Counted from the stretch's first letter, positions 35,862 through 51,089 are shown. The stretch is DNA of 64,000 nucleotides from Geosiphon pyriformis uo1 (GCA_016748015.1 JAAOMT010000512.1:1991024-2055023), one strand, 5' to 3'. Program-made: numbers and translations. The notes: generated by a model not told the origin, from the letters alone.

Positions 35862-38800
35862 TTATTCAATCATGTTCTCTGTTTTAGTTAATTCCTCAAA
35901 ATCTAGTGGTCGAACAGTTCGAGAAATCCGTTCCATTTGGTCAATTAATCGTTCCCGTAAAGCCTCATGTTGGGTCTCGATTTCCTAAATATAAAAGAAT
36001 TTTTTTTGATTAGAAATTTTACGCTAAAGATTGATTTTTCAATGCATCCACATGCAAAAAAATTTATGCACAAACCAATGTTTCCACATTCACAATAGCA
36101 GTCTGTTCATCAAGTCTTACCACCACCTCTTTTTTAGAATCCTCTTTCTCATATACTTCTCCGAATTGTTTTCGTAAAAAATTCATGGTGGCTCCTCGAA
36201 TGTCTTCTGGATGATGATGATGATGATGATGATGTGAATGGTGCGAGGTTTTTGTGACTGTCAAAAATGAAATGGTTAATTAGATAATATGATATATCAT
36301 TGGGAGAAATAAAACTTTTCCTCACCTTTTATGGATGCCGGGCTACTCTCAATGTTCAATATGACAGCCAAAACCGAATCTGCAATAATATCGTTCATGG
36401 AATTTCCTAGCCATTCAAGTATAATCTGGTTCTTTCCAACCTGCTTTACCTTTATTGTGTTCAAAATCTTGATGGTGCAAAGAGATGATGATCTTTATGT
36501 TTGAAATCAAGTTTTAACTCAAAAGAAGTTTACCAAAGAATTTACCGTCAATGTAGGCATATCGTTCTCGTCAATCGTTTCTTCCAATGTTACATACATC
36601 TGTTCAAGATGATATTTCAATAGCGAGAAGGAGGCACGGTAATATATTGATTGTTTTTGCAAGATAGCAGAGGTGGCAATCCCGCTGAAATCCTTTAACT
36701 CGCTAGGGTCCATAATGTTGAATTGGAAATCTTTTGATACGATAATCCCGGAAAACAGTTGGTTCTCTTTAGGGGTTTTAGCGGCAAGTTTTCCTATTGT
36801 CTATTTAAAAATATATATAAAAGGTTAATTTCCTTGGTTATATCATAACCTAGTTTTTGGCCTATAAGTTTGAATTATGCTCGACAAACCTTTGCCATTT
36901 TTTCTCCTCTAAATTTTAACTTCACCGATTCACAATTCTTTGGAGAGAAAACCTCGATCTTATCCCCACGATCTTTGAATTTCGTTTCTAGAGCACTTTT
37001 CAAGCGACCCATCGCATTTGCTTCACCATGAACCAGGACCTATAGTATTAAAACCATTATTATAAAAATTCAAAGAAAAACAAGTATTCAATACGTACGA
37101 TATGAGGTGCCTTGACTTCATCAATGAATTGGCTGTTTTGGGTGTAATCTACATGGGCCGAGAATGAGATATATTCAACAGAGAGACGGCATGGAATCTT
37201 TGTTCCTGCCATCGAAGTTATTTCAGATGGTTCAGTCATTGCGTGCTAGGTTAATATGGTGGATTCAAGAAAAAACCACAAATTGTAAAACCATTCATAC
37301 AAGAAAGTCAGTTTGTTTTGAAATTTTCTCACTCTTGCCAACGTTCCATCAACGCAGTACCCAGTAATTACAAGACCATTTCTTTGGTCGGGAGCCCATC
37401 GTTCAAATAATTCTCGGGATAGACCACTCTAAAATATTATAAATTGGTTCGTTTTTTTCTTTCAGAAAATTTAACCAATAAGACCTATATGTATTTTAGT
37501 TTCCAACCTGTAACATGCCCGGACTAGCCATCATAACACATGGTCCAACATCATCAAAATGGTCCATATTCTTCAAATTGGAAATATGCTTAAATACAAA
37601 AGGATTGGAGATAGCAAACTGTTTTCGAATTTTCGCGTTCATCATATTGATATAGGTTTGGTAGACAGCCATGCATTTTTTTGCCAATGATGAAGCATAA
37701 TAAATGGGGACAGATTCTAATTCCGGATGAGCTTCCCAATACTCATCAAGAATCAAGAGCAATTCTTGAGCACGCCCCAGTGCAAATACTGGCATCAAAC
37801 ATCTACCACCACGTTGTACAATGTCGTGGACCAGGCCTAGTTATTTGAAAAATCATAAGTTAGGCAAAATTTTTTAACACTGAAAAAAATCTCTTCAATC
37901 CCAATCTTGATAAGACTCACTAGTAAATCTCGCTTCTTTCTCCAAACGTGGTCCATGACTTTGAACACCATATGTGGATTCGGTGATCAAAACGTCTGGT
38001 TGAACTTTTGGCGGTTCGGCCGCCATTAAATGTCTATCATCTTCTCGTGAATAATCACCAGTATATAATATCTAGCAAAATCAATCAAACGATAAAATCC
38101 AAAATTAATAGAGGTATTCATCTTGATTATAAATACCTTAACTCCTGCGATTTCAATCAAGAACATGGCGGCACCAAGAACATGACCCGCGTTATAGCTA
38201 GTGAATTTGATACCTTCCACTTCCATCTCTTGATGGTAATCAACCGCCTCAATTTTCTCGTAGCTTCGTAAAAGATCTTGTTCATTATAAATATTTTCGT
38301 CTACTGACACGTTACTTGTTAAATATTAAAATTTTTTTTAGTGAATGACAAGAGTATAATTCTGCAAATCTTGAATTTTTAATGAACCACTCAAAGAGAA
38401 TTTACTTCATTTTACCTAACCCTGATGAAATCTGTTAATAACCATTTGTATATAGCTTTGGTTGGGTGGGTCATGAAAACGCGTCCATCAAATGTGGTCT
38501 AAATTCAAGAAATCAATCAACTTCTTCGTAAACGTTCATTCGAAACAAAAATATCATTAATTTAACGAACTTTTTCCATGAAATAAGGTAAAGAAGCAGC
38601 GTGATCTAAATGAAAACTAAGAATTTCCAAATGATTTCACCATGTTGGATCAAACGAGAAAAAGAGCATGAATTTCAAAATTTTCATTGATCCCAAATAG
38701 AAACCATCATTCCATTCAAGTTACATACTGACTAATAAGCAAAACATCTACAGTAGAAGGATCAATCTCATCATAGAACGGAAGTGCTGCAAGTCCATTG

Positions 38801-39179
38801 TACGCCGGGTGAACACCTGCATCCAGCTTATACAACAGAAGGAATCAATTGGTATCAAAGCAATTAGTTCTCATGGGATATTTCATAAAAATGTTAAATC
38901 AAAGAATAGGCAGATATTATTTTTAAATCTTTATTAAAATTTTTGTGGAAAATACATGTACAGATATTATAATAATTTTTATTTGATCTTTTTATCGCTA
39001 AAGGTTTTTGAACAAGTGGGAAGTTTTTCATTTACGCTAGATACCATAATAGTTTTGCCCTTATACTGAATAACCAAGCAAGACCGGCCAACTTCGTTAC
39101 CAGCACCAAGGGCTGTTATTTGAAGAACATCGTTCTCGTCAGTTAATAACTCGTTTTGTGGTGCCTTTCGTTTAGACAT
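35862..39179 (-). CDS. YSH1: mRNA 3'-end processing endonuclease CPSF73/Ysh1 (metallo-beta-lactamase + beta-CASP), multi-exon
   Basis: [11 protein letters not shown], spliced [50 protein letters not shown]. Confidence 0.96.
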
Positions 39180-39370
39180 ATTGGTTTTATAGTAAGAATA
39201 TTTATAGTTGTCTGGAAACCAAAAAGACTAATTTAAAAAAGTAATCAATTATCTAAAAATAGAGAAAACACGCAAAAATTTGCTGATTAGTTAATCAATT
39301 GATTTAAGTGCACTCCTAAACAAATTTGTGGTTCGCTTCCAAACACTTTTATTTTTGATAATTAGATTCC

Positions 39371-40076
39371 ATGGGAAAACCAACAGAAGAAGTTCGAGAC
39401 CGCAAAAAAGCAAGTCATTCAAATATTGCACTTTCGTCAACTGACCACTACAACCCTGAACTAGATGATATCCCAGATATTGAAAAGTTTCGATTAGTTG
39501 AAGCTTCGGGTCTCTTCCCCAATTTAACTCCAGCACAGCGGAAAAAACTCGCATCTTCATCCAAAAAATCTTCCTCACAGGACGAGGAACAACAGTTTGG
39601 GCATGGTTTCCAAGCTATTCTATATACTATCCCTCTATGTTCGGTTTACTGTGTTATGGATATGCTTGTGCATAGACAGTTTAATGAAAATGTTACCTTT
39701 TGGCCTTTCTTCAATCGAGTTTTAAAAGCGGCGCCTAGTAAGTCTTAAATTTTTTATTATTGGGCTTTTTTTTTTTCGACAGTCACTAAAATTTTGGCGG
39801 GAAAACATAGTAATGTTAATTTTAGTTTATTATACCAATAAATACGCGGCAAAACCGTTGGTCCAATTTTTGATGTTTTTGGGAGCCATAGGATGTGGTT
39901 GTTACTTGATTTGGATTATTAACAAAATTTCATATCTCGGGGTTATGCGACGTTGTCCGCCTTTGGCCAGTTTATGGATCTATTTCGTTGTTCAAATGCG
40001 GCTGGCACCTGCCGTCGCGAGTTTGGTGACCGTGTTTATATACTTTTATTTTGGAGACCCAAATTTTAAGATATAA
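39371..40076 (+). CDS. Hypothetical multi-pass membrane protein, 2 exons
   Basis: Intron 39738-39811 (GTAAGT...TAG) joins the two ORFs in frame; several hydrophobic helices (FQAILYTIPLCSVYCVMDMLVHRQF, PPLASLWIYFVVQM). Confidence 0.8.
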
Positions 40077-41244
40077 ATCCCAATAAATATTTAAATGCCA
40101 ATTGAATAGATTATTTCTAATTTTACTTGAAAGTTGATAATATTTTACGAAAATATTTGAAAATAAAAAAGGTTTAGACTATATATATTATTATAGAAAT
40201 ATAAAGTGAAATGTATCAATATTTGATTTTGGTTCCCGAAAGATTATTCACATTTTTTTTTTTTGGATTTAAACAAATAAATTATTATTATTATTATTAT
40301 TATTATTGTATAAAAAAAATTTTTTATTATTTTATAATTTCACATTTTTATTTTTAATAATTATATATTCCATTTTTAATTTTTTATATAAATTAAAACT
40401 AAAAAAGATATTTTCCTGGTTAAAATTGTTCAATTTGTATTTATTTTTATAATTAAGATAAATCTTAAATTTATATAAACTAAACATATTTCCTGAAATA
40501 TTAACTCATTTCTTTACAATTATTATATTTTTAATTTATAAAAAAATCAAATTAATAACATTTAATAATAATCTTTAAAAAATATATAAATTTAAAAAAT
40601 AAAGATATACAAATAATTTTAATATAAATTAATAATATAAATTTCATGTTACTGTTTTTTTTAAATATTAAAATATATTTCAATAATGTAAAATTTTAAC
40701 TTGATTAATGATTTTAGTTGTAAAAGTTTTTATATTTTATTAATATTTAAAATTCAAATAAAAAATAATTAATTCAAAATAAATATAATATTTTTTTAAT
40801 AATATTTTTTTTATTAATTGTAAAATGTGTTTAATTGTAATTTTTTACATTTTATATTAAAAAAATTAACAATAAAAATAACAATTGAAAAGTAATGAAA
40901 TTATTATAAAGTAAAAATTTTTTGATTGGAAAAAATTGAAATTTCAAATTTTTATTATCATTTTGAAAGCCAATTTTTGAATTCTGAATTGTGTCAATTA
41001 TTCAACTGCAGCCTCAATTGAAAACCACATTTCGCGTTCAGGAGCACATTCCTTATTTGGTTAGCAGGCAAAAATGATTTTTGCCTTTTATAGATATAAA
41101 AACTTCGAGAATAGTGGGAAAAAGTTTCCTGGAGACACTATTTTTCTTTAGTATTAAAAGGATTCTCGTCGCGAAACTTGAAGCTTAGAAAGTAAACCGC
41201 GTATTTAATAACTCAACTCACGCATAGAAAAACCCTAGAATACA

Positions 41245-44200
41245 ATGGTCGGTGTACATGAGATTCTAAAAAAACGTGAGTTTTAGGTCTGGTCTTTATA
41301 GGCGAAACAATGCCATCATCAAACGTTTCCAAAGTTAATTATATATTGTATTGCTACATTTTTTAGGGCTCATCGATACTATACGGTCAGTTCAACCACC
41401 TGGCAAGTGGAAGGTGGTCGTAGTTGATGTCACGGCGCAAAAAATTTTGTTATCCGCGTGTAAAATGTATGATATTTTGGAGGAGAACGTCACCCGTAAA
41501 TATCTTATTGTTATTGCTTTGTTCTCCAGTGATGATTAGGACATTATTACAAAAAAATTTTAATAATGTGTTTTTTCGCACAGTCGTAGAAAATTTGGAA
41601 AAACAGCGCCAACCTTATCCACAGCTTGAAGCCGTTTATATCATTAGTCCAACATATGAATCAATCAATAAAGTTATCGAAGACTTTACAAAGTACAAGA
41701 CTCCATTATATGCTCATGCCAATATATTTTTCACGTCAGGTAAGTGAAGATTTGTTAGATCGGCCGACCATTTTTGTTTATGATCTAATTTCCTCTTGAT
41801 TACAAAAAATTAGCGATTGATAACAAATTATTTAATAAATTGAGTACTTCCCCCGCACAAGTATATATTAAAAAATGCATGGAATTATACATTGATTTTC
41901 AAGGTATATAATTGTATTGTTTACTTATTTAATTTGGGTTTCATATTTACGGGTTTCTATATTACTTTAAATAGCGGTGGAAGCGCAAGTTTATTCTTTT
42001 GAATCACCCCAAAGTTTTTTCAAATTATATTCACCTGAAGAAGCTCCTAATTACGAAGAAGAGATAAGGAAGCTGGCAAAACAGGTTTGATTACCATCAT
42101 TAATTATCTGTAGTTGTGTTTTCGCTTAATTCGCACACCAATCTCTTGTTTTGAACTAACAATTCAATATTTTAAATTGGTAGCTTCTTTCTTTATGTGC
42201 CTCCTTAGGAGAGAATCCTTTGATCCGATATCAGCGATCTCTTGAAGCCGAACACCCTACGAAGACATTACCATATAAAATAGCAATGTTACTTCAGAGT
42301 GAATTGGATCAATATGTGAAAGATAATACAGATTTTCCGGTGTGTAGCCAAATCTTCGTTTTAGAATAATTATCAGTATACATTCATTAAATACTCCCGC
42401 TGTTCCCATTAGCCCCAAGATAATCCACGTCCTCGTGGTGTGCTTTTTATTGTTGATCGAACACTTGATATGAATGCTCCATTCACACACGAATTCACAT
42501 ACCAAGCAATGGCCAATGATTTGCTTCCAATCGAGAATGGGCAAAAGTACACATACAATTATACCGGTTCAGATGATATACCCGCTACAAAAGAGGCGAT
42601 ATTGGATGAATCCGATAAAGTCTGGATTGATGTTCGCCATAGACATATGAAAGATTGTATCGAAAAGCTCATGAAAGATTTCAATGAGTTCATTAGTGAA
42701 AATGCTGGCTTTACTGACAAGTGAGACAAGGGTTTATGAATTAAAATTTGAACCAAATTAATTACTCTTCTTAACCTATTTTATAACTAATTCGCTAAAC
42801 TTAGTGAAAAAGCTGCAAATTTGAATGATATGAAAAAAATGTTGGCAAATTTGCCGCAATTTCAAAATATGAAAGAAAAGGTTAGTGATACTTTATTCGA
42901 ATCATTTAGCCTCATCTTTTTTCATGTCATATGAAAGATTAATTCAAATTTTGTGTATACAGTTTTCGGTACATTTAAATATTGCGCAAGAATGTATGGC
43001 GTTGTTTGAAAAGCAAAAATTAGAAAAAATTGCTTCTATTGAACAAAATTGTGCAACTGGACTTACCACTGAAGGTTATATTCCCAAGACCATAGTCGAG
43101 GACATGGTTCCATTGTTAGATGATCCTGTTGTTAGGTAACTTATAAGATATTTTCGTTTTAAACTTTTCGATCAAATTAAGAATCCATATTTATGATTAT
43201 GATGTTTTGGAAAATTTAGCTCATACAATAAGATTCGAATGCTCTTGCTCTATATCCTGTATAAGAATGGTATTCTAGAAGAAGATAGGCGCAAACTTTT
43301 GTCTCACTCGGGAATTTCACTGGAAGAAAATGACGCTATTAATAATACAGGACTATTAGGAGTCAAATTAATAAGGGTTGGTTCCTATTCTTTTGAGTTT
43401 TCAAAGAATTTGTTTTCCCAATCATTTTATGAAATCCTAATTCTCAATCTTCAATTTTCAATACATAGTCACCCTTGGGTGGGGATAAGGGAAGAAAAAA
43501 TAAACAAAAGCTGACACAGGAAAACCAGATTGACCTATCTCGATATGTTCCGACTTTGCGAACGGTATTGGAGGTAAAGTATAAATCTTGGGTTATCATT
43601 GAAAAATTCAATTTTTCTTGAACATTAAATAGTTGGTACATACATATCCTTTAGAGCCATGTCAATGGGACTATAGATCACACCGCTTATCCATACACCA
43701 AGGACCCTTCAGCAGAAGTTGAAGCTGGTGGCAAGGCAGCACCCGCTCAGCCTGTTTCTCTTAGAAGGTCTGTTCATTAAAGCATTTTCAATTAAGCTAA
43801 AATATTATTATGGTCTCATTGACCTGGAAGTTTCTTATATATTAGCGCCAAACCAGCATGGTATAAAAAAGGCCAATCGGTATGTCACACAGCTTCTATA
43901 CTTTATATATATATAATCAAGTTTAAGGTTTATTTTTATTCAGACGGAAAATCGAGCAAGCCGTATCATAGTATTCGTTGCTGGAGGTGTAACGTATTCA
44001 GAATTACGTGTTGCTTATGAGCTTTCTCAAAAGCTTAATCGGGATGTGATAATTGGTATGTGCTCCAATTCAAAGAAATGGTTTTTGCTGAAAGTTTTCA
44101 TGATTCACTCAAAGCTTTTAAACTTTGCGATAGGCTCTACTCATATAATTACTCCCCAAAGATTTATTGATGACTTGAAGAACCTACGGAAACCTGCTGC

Positions 44201-44645
44201 TGCTCTCAATTCACAAGCATTTAATAACGCGCCACACCTACCCAATCCACCTATACCTCCAAGGCAAAATAATCCAGGGTATAACCCAGTGCCATCGACA
44301 TTTGGTGGTTATAATCAACCACCACCACCACCACCACAAGAATACAATACACAAGGTGGATATGCACAGCAACAAAGCAATTACGGTTCACCGGGAGGTC
44401 ACCAACCCTCAGGGGGCTACCAGCAACCAGGCGGCTATCAACAACAGGGCAGCTATCAACAACAGGGTGGTTATCAACAACAGGGTGGCTATCAACAACA
44501 AGGCGGATATACACCACCACCCCAACAAGGCTATAACTCATTATCAGGAAATTATCAGCCCCCACCAACATCAACATCATCAACATCATCAAACAAGTCA
44601 AAGACTGGTAAATTAGGGAAAGAATTTCAAAAGTTCTTCAAATGA
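41245..44645 (+). CDS. SEC1: Sec1/Munc18 SM protein (exocytosis), multi-exon, with Gly/Tyr/Gln-rich C-tail
   Basis: [78 protein letters not shown]. Confidence 0.94.
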
Positions 44646-45722
44646 AGATTTTTCCTGTGATGGCATCAAAGCTATTAATTTGTTGATTGTCAATTTTCTC
44701 ACATTACAATCTCTTGTGTACAACCAAAATTTTGAAAATTAACCTATTTTTTTATTCAAATGGATCATAAATTAGAATACTTAGATTTTACATTCATCTT
44801 TCTTGGTTTTTTTGTTTTTACGTTGAATAATCTAAATGTTAATGTGCCAAAAAAATTTCAGGAAGAAAATGTGATTATAATAAAAAGTTTATATATTTAT
44901 ATATTTATATATTTTGAACTTGACAAAAATAAAAGTTACAAATAAAAATGTTAAACATAATAATGATTTGTTTTTACGTAAAAATGGAATTAAAAAAAAA
45001 ATGCAAAACAGCACCATTCGATTTTTCAATCATATATATATATAATTATTCAAAATACAAAAAAATCTTTTAACGGAAAAAAGTACCATTAGGAACCATT
45101 AGATATTTCACAATTTGCAGATCTTTAAAGCCAAATTTAATTAGATTACTGTTTTCGACTGGAAAATATTTTCATCCAAACCAAATTTTTCTCCTAATTA
45201 TTTAACTACTTTAAATTTCTTTTTGAATTATTAAGTGTTTGTTACCTAAATTTTGTTAATCCGAAAGAGATGAACCACTTGGGATCACCTGCGATCACTC
45301 GCGAAATGACAAACTCAAAAAACAATACAGTCAGAGAATAATAATGACAGATCTGCCATTCACCTGGAGAAATTAGCCGATTGAAGGAATCCAAAATGCA
45401 CATTATTACGTTTCGCCTAATAATCAGTGATAATTGGTTTCCTCATTTCGAAAAAGTAAATGTTATAGGCGATCTAACTGCTAAACAGTCAAGCAAAGCG
45501 GAATCATCCGGTTTCCCCACAAGAATTAGTTGCATGAACTGTAAAACGTGGAAAGGAAAGACGCATATTAACGAATTTGGTCTTTGAAATTTTTGGCCAA
45601 ACACATTGATATGATTGGATTTCGATTCTTTTGAGAGATCCGTGATGCTTTCACTGGATCATCAACTCTTTATAACCCCATTTGTAAAGTGAGGTTTCCT
45701 TTCTTCCCCCACGCGACTATCT

Positions 45723-45762
45723 TTCCTTCCTTCCTTCCTTCCTTCCTTCCTTCCTTCCTTCC
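45723..45762. repeat. (TTCC)10 microsatellite
   Basis: Direct reading. Confidence 0.95.
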
Positions 45763-46284
45763 TTTCTTCCTTTCTTCACATTTCTTGCCTGAAATACCCA
45801 CGCGTGGGACTAAAGCCTTGCGTTGCCATATCCCTAGTATAGGCTATACCCAACAAATACTTTGAGCTTTCTTTTTTTCTCTGTTGGCATCCCATCCACA
45901 AACTTTCCGTACTCCTTTTTCACCTCTAATACTCCCCTTTCACTTAATATCTGTTTTCTTGTTTACACTTGGCGCTTTCCCTACATAGTTATACCCAGAC
46001 ATTATTATGTATTAAAAACGCCAAACGCCCTTTTTCCCCGACTTAACGTCACTATTTATCATTATCTGAACACCAAAAAAGATTTTGTACATATTCCCTG
46101 CCGTGTTCAAGATTTATATTTTACGTATTATTTCTTAATCACTTCTCAAATTTTCTTTCAGTGGAACTCTCGTTCACTTCCCTCTCGAGTTTCAAAGTTT
46201 TTATATATGCTTAAAGTATCCTACGCGGCATATAATCCTATCAATAATAGGAAATCGTCCCATCAACGTGTTGTCGAGGAAGAT

Positions 46285-47959
46285 ATGTCAAGTCCTATAA
46301 TTGAATTTCAAGACATCCTTAGCACTGAAGTTTATATTGATTTGGATCGGCTTCGCGAATCAGCTCGACATGGAATTCCATCCGAAGTTCGTGGAGTAAG
46401 TTGTGAGATTAATTTATCTTGTATTAAAAAGCCAGATCGATAGGGTAAATCATGATTATTCGTGTTCTTTATTATGTAAAATGGCATTTTGTGAACTAGA
46501 TTATCCACTTCCCGCTATTCTTTTACTTGATTCAATACCTTCAACATTTTATACACATACATGACGGATCCTTTTTTACAGAAGTCTCAAAAAGAAAATT
46601 TCAGAGCTTTTGAATCCACCAACATCATATGATTATATGATCTTTTTAATCCTTTGAAATCTTCTTTCCCACTGCATACCTTTTTTATAAATCAAAAATT
46701 AATAAAAAAGGAAGTATGGATATACCTTCTAGGAGTGAATCCGGCAGATCGATGTATGGTTAAAAAATTTTCATTACTCGGAGCATAGAATCCTTTTTGC
46801 TTTTTGATCTCTTTAGTAATTTTATTTTTCTACCAATTTTAAATAGCACAAGAATTAACTAGTCTGAAAACCAAATATGAGGAATACTTGGCGATTGAGA
46901 AAGAAAATCTAGAGATGGCAAAACGCGTTCGCGGGGAAGTCGGACGTTACCAGCAAAAAATAAAAAACTTCCAACCCAAAAATGATTACACCCACATCTT
47001 TGAGAACGTTATTAGCGCATATATGAGTCATAATCGCGAAATTGATTATTATCCGGCGCTAGTACATTTATGCGGTCCTTTCGTTTACTGCATGAAAAAT
47101 GAGGCCGAGGTATATTATTGTTTCGAACGTCTTATGGGGATAATAGGTAGGCAGGAAATTAAGTTTATTTTCAATTTATATTTGCAAGTTCAGCATCAAA
47201 TAATTTTACATAAATATTCGAATTTTATCAATTCAAAGATGAATATTATTCCACCCATAATATCAACGAGCGCATCGCCAATTTCATGACATTATTTAGA
47301 GCTGTCCTTCCCGATTTGTAACTATCCTCAACATCTTTCTAATCTCTTGTTCACCTTAAAAATCACAAATTTACTTCTTTTGATCTTTAGGTATAATTAT
47401 TTCGAAGAAGAGGAAGTTTATTTTAACGAATGGGCAACTTCTTGGTTACAGCATCTGTTGGCTAAAGAACTTCACTTGGTTGATTTAATGCGTCTTTGGG
47501 GTAAATACAGCCGATATAGAACCCTTTGAAACTATATATTATCAACAAAAAGTGTTCAATATAACTAAAATATTACTTTTAGACACATATTTCTCCATTC
47601 CTGACCCAATTGAATTTCATCCTTATATATGTCTAGGTGAGTAACCGCCTGTCTATAATTACAATAGCGTAAATTAAATGAAGAATCCTTTAATTATTTC
47701 GCCTTTTGGCATTTTTTTAGCTGTGCTAAGCCAATGCAAAGAGAATCTCGAGGAGTTGGAACAATCCGAAATTAAGACGTTATTATTACGTTTACCTGTA
47801 ATGGATATGGAACAGGTAGAAATTAAATAATTTATCTGCAAGGACGCATCAGCATTTAGTCATAGCCTAATTTATTAAGCTTTCCTTGAACAGATTATCA
47901 ATCAAGCCTTCAATATCAGGCATGAGATTTTAGAACGGCAAATATCCGATTCAATTTAG
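46285..47959 (+). CDS. TBC-domain Rab GTPase-activating protein, multi-exon
   Basis: LRESARHGIPSEVRG|EVWIYLLG; YYPALVHLCGPF; EAEVYYCFERLM; WLQHLLAKEL...LMRLW|DTY. Confidence 0.85.
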
Positions 47960-48815
47960 ACCTCAGTTTTTAGGTGAATATCTCAACCCTAAGCGATGGC
48001 AAATTAAAAGAAAAGATAATAGGAATGAATTCGTGCATGGAAGCTTATTGAGAAATAATTTTTCAGAAGACTCTTCAAAAATTGAAATGTGAATAGAGTT
48101 ATATAGAAAGGCAAATCACCATATCACGTGAAAGGATCACTCAAATATTTTTTTATTTAGTTATAACGCCTTGTGGCGAAAAAGGAATAGAGCAATTTCT
48201 GGTTATAACCTGAAATCTGCAAATATGAATGGATTAATTTGCCCTGTTAAAGTAAAATAAACAACAGAAAAACTGGAATATCTATAGAGATGTGCCCTTG
48301 TATATATATTTGCTGGGTGAAAGCTTAGTATTTCGAATCATAAAATTAGAAGTATTAAAGATTAAGCCTACATTGGAGGCAAGTAATCGATGAGAAAAAA
48401 GGTCCAGAAACGATAAATTTTTTAAATCGAAAGGAATATACCAAGAAAATGGAGGCTTTAAGCTTTTTTCTCCAAATCAAAAATTCCCACTAGGGAAAAA
48501 TAAGTTAATGACAGTTTCGAGAAAAATATTGCGTTAAAGCTTGATAAATCTCATTAAAATGGTCTTCCTATCACTATATCTGTGCAAGCTAAGCCACGTT
48601 TACCATTGATATTTTTCATTCCTTTAGGTTAGGAGCTTTCTTTTCTCCGTGAACTGGGTCTTTAATTTTCTTACAGAAGTGTTCTAAAGATTCCTTTATT
48701 TAAAGAGACTTCTGGACCAAAAATTTACCTTTTTATCTTTTTTGTGACTCCTAAGCAGAGAATTCCACCAGCAAGTTAGTGTGGTTACCTTCAAAAATAA
48801 ACGCGTACATTCAAT

Positions 48816-50647
48816 ATGGCCCAACGACATTCTGGGTGGAATTCTTTTTTCCACCAAAATAACGCAAACGACACTTCATATAATCATAACGGTCCTGTTA
48901 CTGGAACGATTCCTAACGGGGCTAATGGGTTAGATTCCTCTTCACAAAGAGTTTCATACTTTCGATTGCGTGAGGATCTCGGTTATGACTACGATGTCAC
49001 GAACGATATACCTTTAAGCTCCCACGCGAAACATGTTAAAGACGTTGAACGTGGAGGAGGGTATCCTAATTCTAATAATCCTTTCCAGAGTAATGAGGAA
49101 CAAAATTCTTCCACACCGTATTGGATCCCTTCGAATACTCCTTCTCCACTTAATGGGGTTAGTCCTTTGCCCAGTGCACCACCTGCTTCAGATCTGAGAG
49201 CATACTATGATGATCATGATGAAGCTTCAGGTGCAGTCGCCTTTGCTCATGGTAACGGATTGCGTGCTCGACCTACTCTTCTTGACACGGAGCCTGATGA
49301 AATTACTGAAATCTATGATGATAAACAGATTGGGGAGGAAAATGACGAAGCCTTAGCTCGTCGGTTGTATCGTGAGGAAAAGGAACAATTTTATCGATCA
49401 CCACCTGGGGAAAATGAGACCTATAAAGGAGCTCAGGCAGGCTTTGGAAGTAGTGGGACTATTCCTTTAATTGATCCCAAACTCCCAAAAGCCCTTTCTG
49501 ACCCAAAAGTAATTCGTCAATTACAAAGAAGGCGAGCTTGGCGACCATGGTTCACATGGATTGTTTCTATCATTCAAATTATTGTTTTAATCTTGGAATT
49601 TGTTAATAATAATAAAAATACGGGAAGTTTGATCATGACAAATCCATTTAATCCTATGATCGGACCGTCTGCTGAGGTAGGTGAAATATTACACTCGTTG
49701 ATTTTGTTCTTAAAGGGAGATTGTATGAAATCTAAATATTTTGGATCCGGTGATTTCTAATAGCTTTCATACTATGATTATTTTTCAGACTCTCATTTTA
49801 ATGGGGGCCAGATTTACCCCATGTATGCGTGAGATTCCTGGTACAAACACAAGTTTTGCATGCCAAAATTCTACAGAACATTCAAATTGTACTTTGGAGG
49901 AATATTGTGGTCTCAATGGTTTTCACAGGAAAATTCCAGACCAATGGTATCGATTTATCGTACCGATTTTCCTTCATGGTGGATTGGTTCACATAGGATT
50001 TAACCTATTGTTCCAGCTTCAAACTGGAACTCAAGTTGAAAGGGATATTGGATTTCATCGATATAGTTTAATATATATGGCTAGCGGGATTTTTGGATTT
50101 ATATTCGGCGGAAATTTTGCACCTGATGCACTTCGTAAGCACATACTTTCTTTTTTTATATCTTGGCAAAAAAAAAATTAAAAATCTTCAAAATTTTACA
50201 TTTTCAGCTTCGACAGGAGCATCGGGTTCCCTTTTCGGAATTATTGGGATTTTATTGTTAGACTTGATTCAAAATTGGAAACTTATTATAAATCCGTGCT
50301 GGGAGCTTACGAAAATGCTGTTAATGATTGGGGTCTCGTTTTTGCTGGGACTACTACCTGGTCTTGATAATTTTTCGCATATCGGAGGGTTTGTAATGGG
50401 TTTGATCACTGGGCTCGTCTTGATGCCTACTATCAACTTTTCGAAACTTCACAAACGTGCTACCTGGTTTTTCAGAATCGCTGCATTACCTATTGCGATT
50501 CTTTTATTCGTACTATTGATCAAGAATTTTTATTCGGGAAATCCTACCGAGAAATGCCCTTGGTGCAAGTATTTGAGTTGCCTCCCGGTTAATGGATGGT
50601 GTGACACAAACTTCACAAACTTCAAAAACATCACTAAATCCAATTGA
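48816..50647 (+). CDS. Rhomboid intramembrane serine protease with long cytosolic N-terminus, 3 exons
   Basis: NPMIGPS, QWYRF..PIFLHGG..H..FN, catalytic GASG and HIGG; introns 49677-49788 and 50135-50207. Confidence 0.92.
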
Positions 50648-51089
50648 GTTTCATGGGGATATTTACAAATGCACACATCTGACATTCATAGACTGGGATG
50701 TGCATGGGTTGCCTAATTTTGGAGATGCGGTATTTTTGCTTTTCAAAATTAAGGCATTATACCCTCCAACCCAAAGAAAAATAATAGAAAAGTTGAAGTG
50801 TGGGGAAAAACATTATAAATTGATTGATGGTGTTAGGTCGGTATGTTTGTAATATTTCTAATCTTTGATTTACACATAAACTGATTTATACACCATTGTA
50901 TGTATTTCTAAGAAAAATCAAAACCTTTTTAAGGATGTTTAAAGAACTTCATTTTATTTATTTATTTATTTATTTACATTGTATTATACATCTATTACTT
51001 GTATGGGTCAACTATATTATTCTTCTATTAATTTCAAAACTATTATAATAGAAAATGCCTGTTTCAGACACCTGTTGTCGCGATGCACC

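Noticed and set aside
45862-46284. Long N-terminal extension of the TBC ORF
   Set aside because: Starts at a non-ATG codon and reads like pyrimidine-rich 5' UTR; recognisable TBC sequence begins at MSSPIIEF (46285).
48123-48131. ATCACGTGA E-box upstream of the rhomboid, suggesting an SREBP-rhomboid-iron link with the adjacent sreA
   Set aside because: A single short motif plus gene adjacency is not enough evidence.
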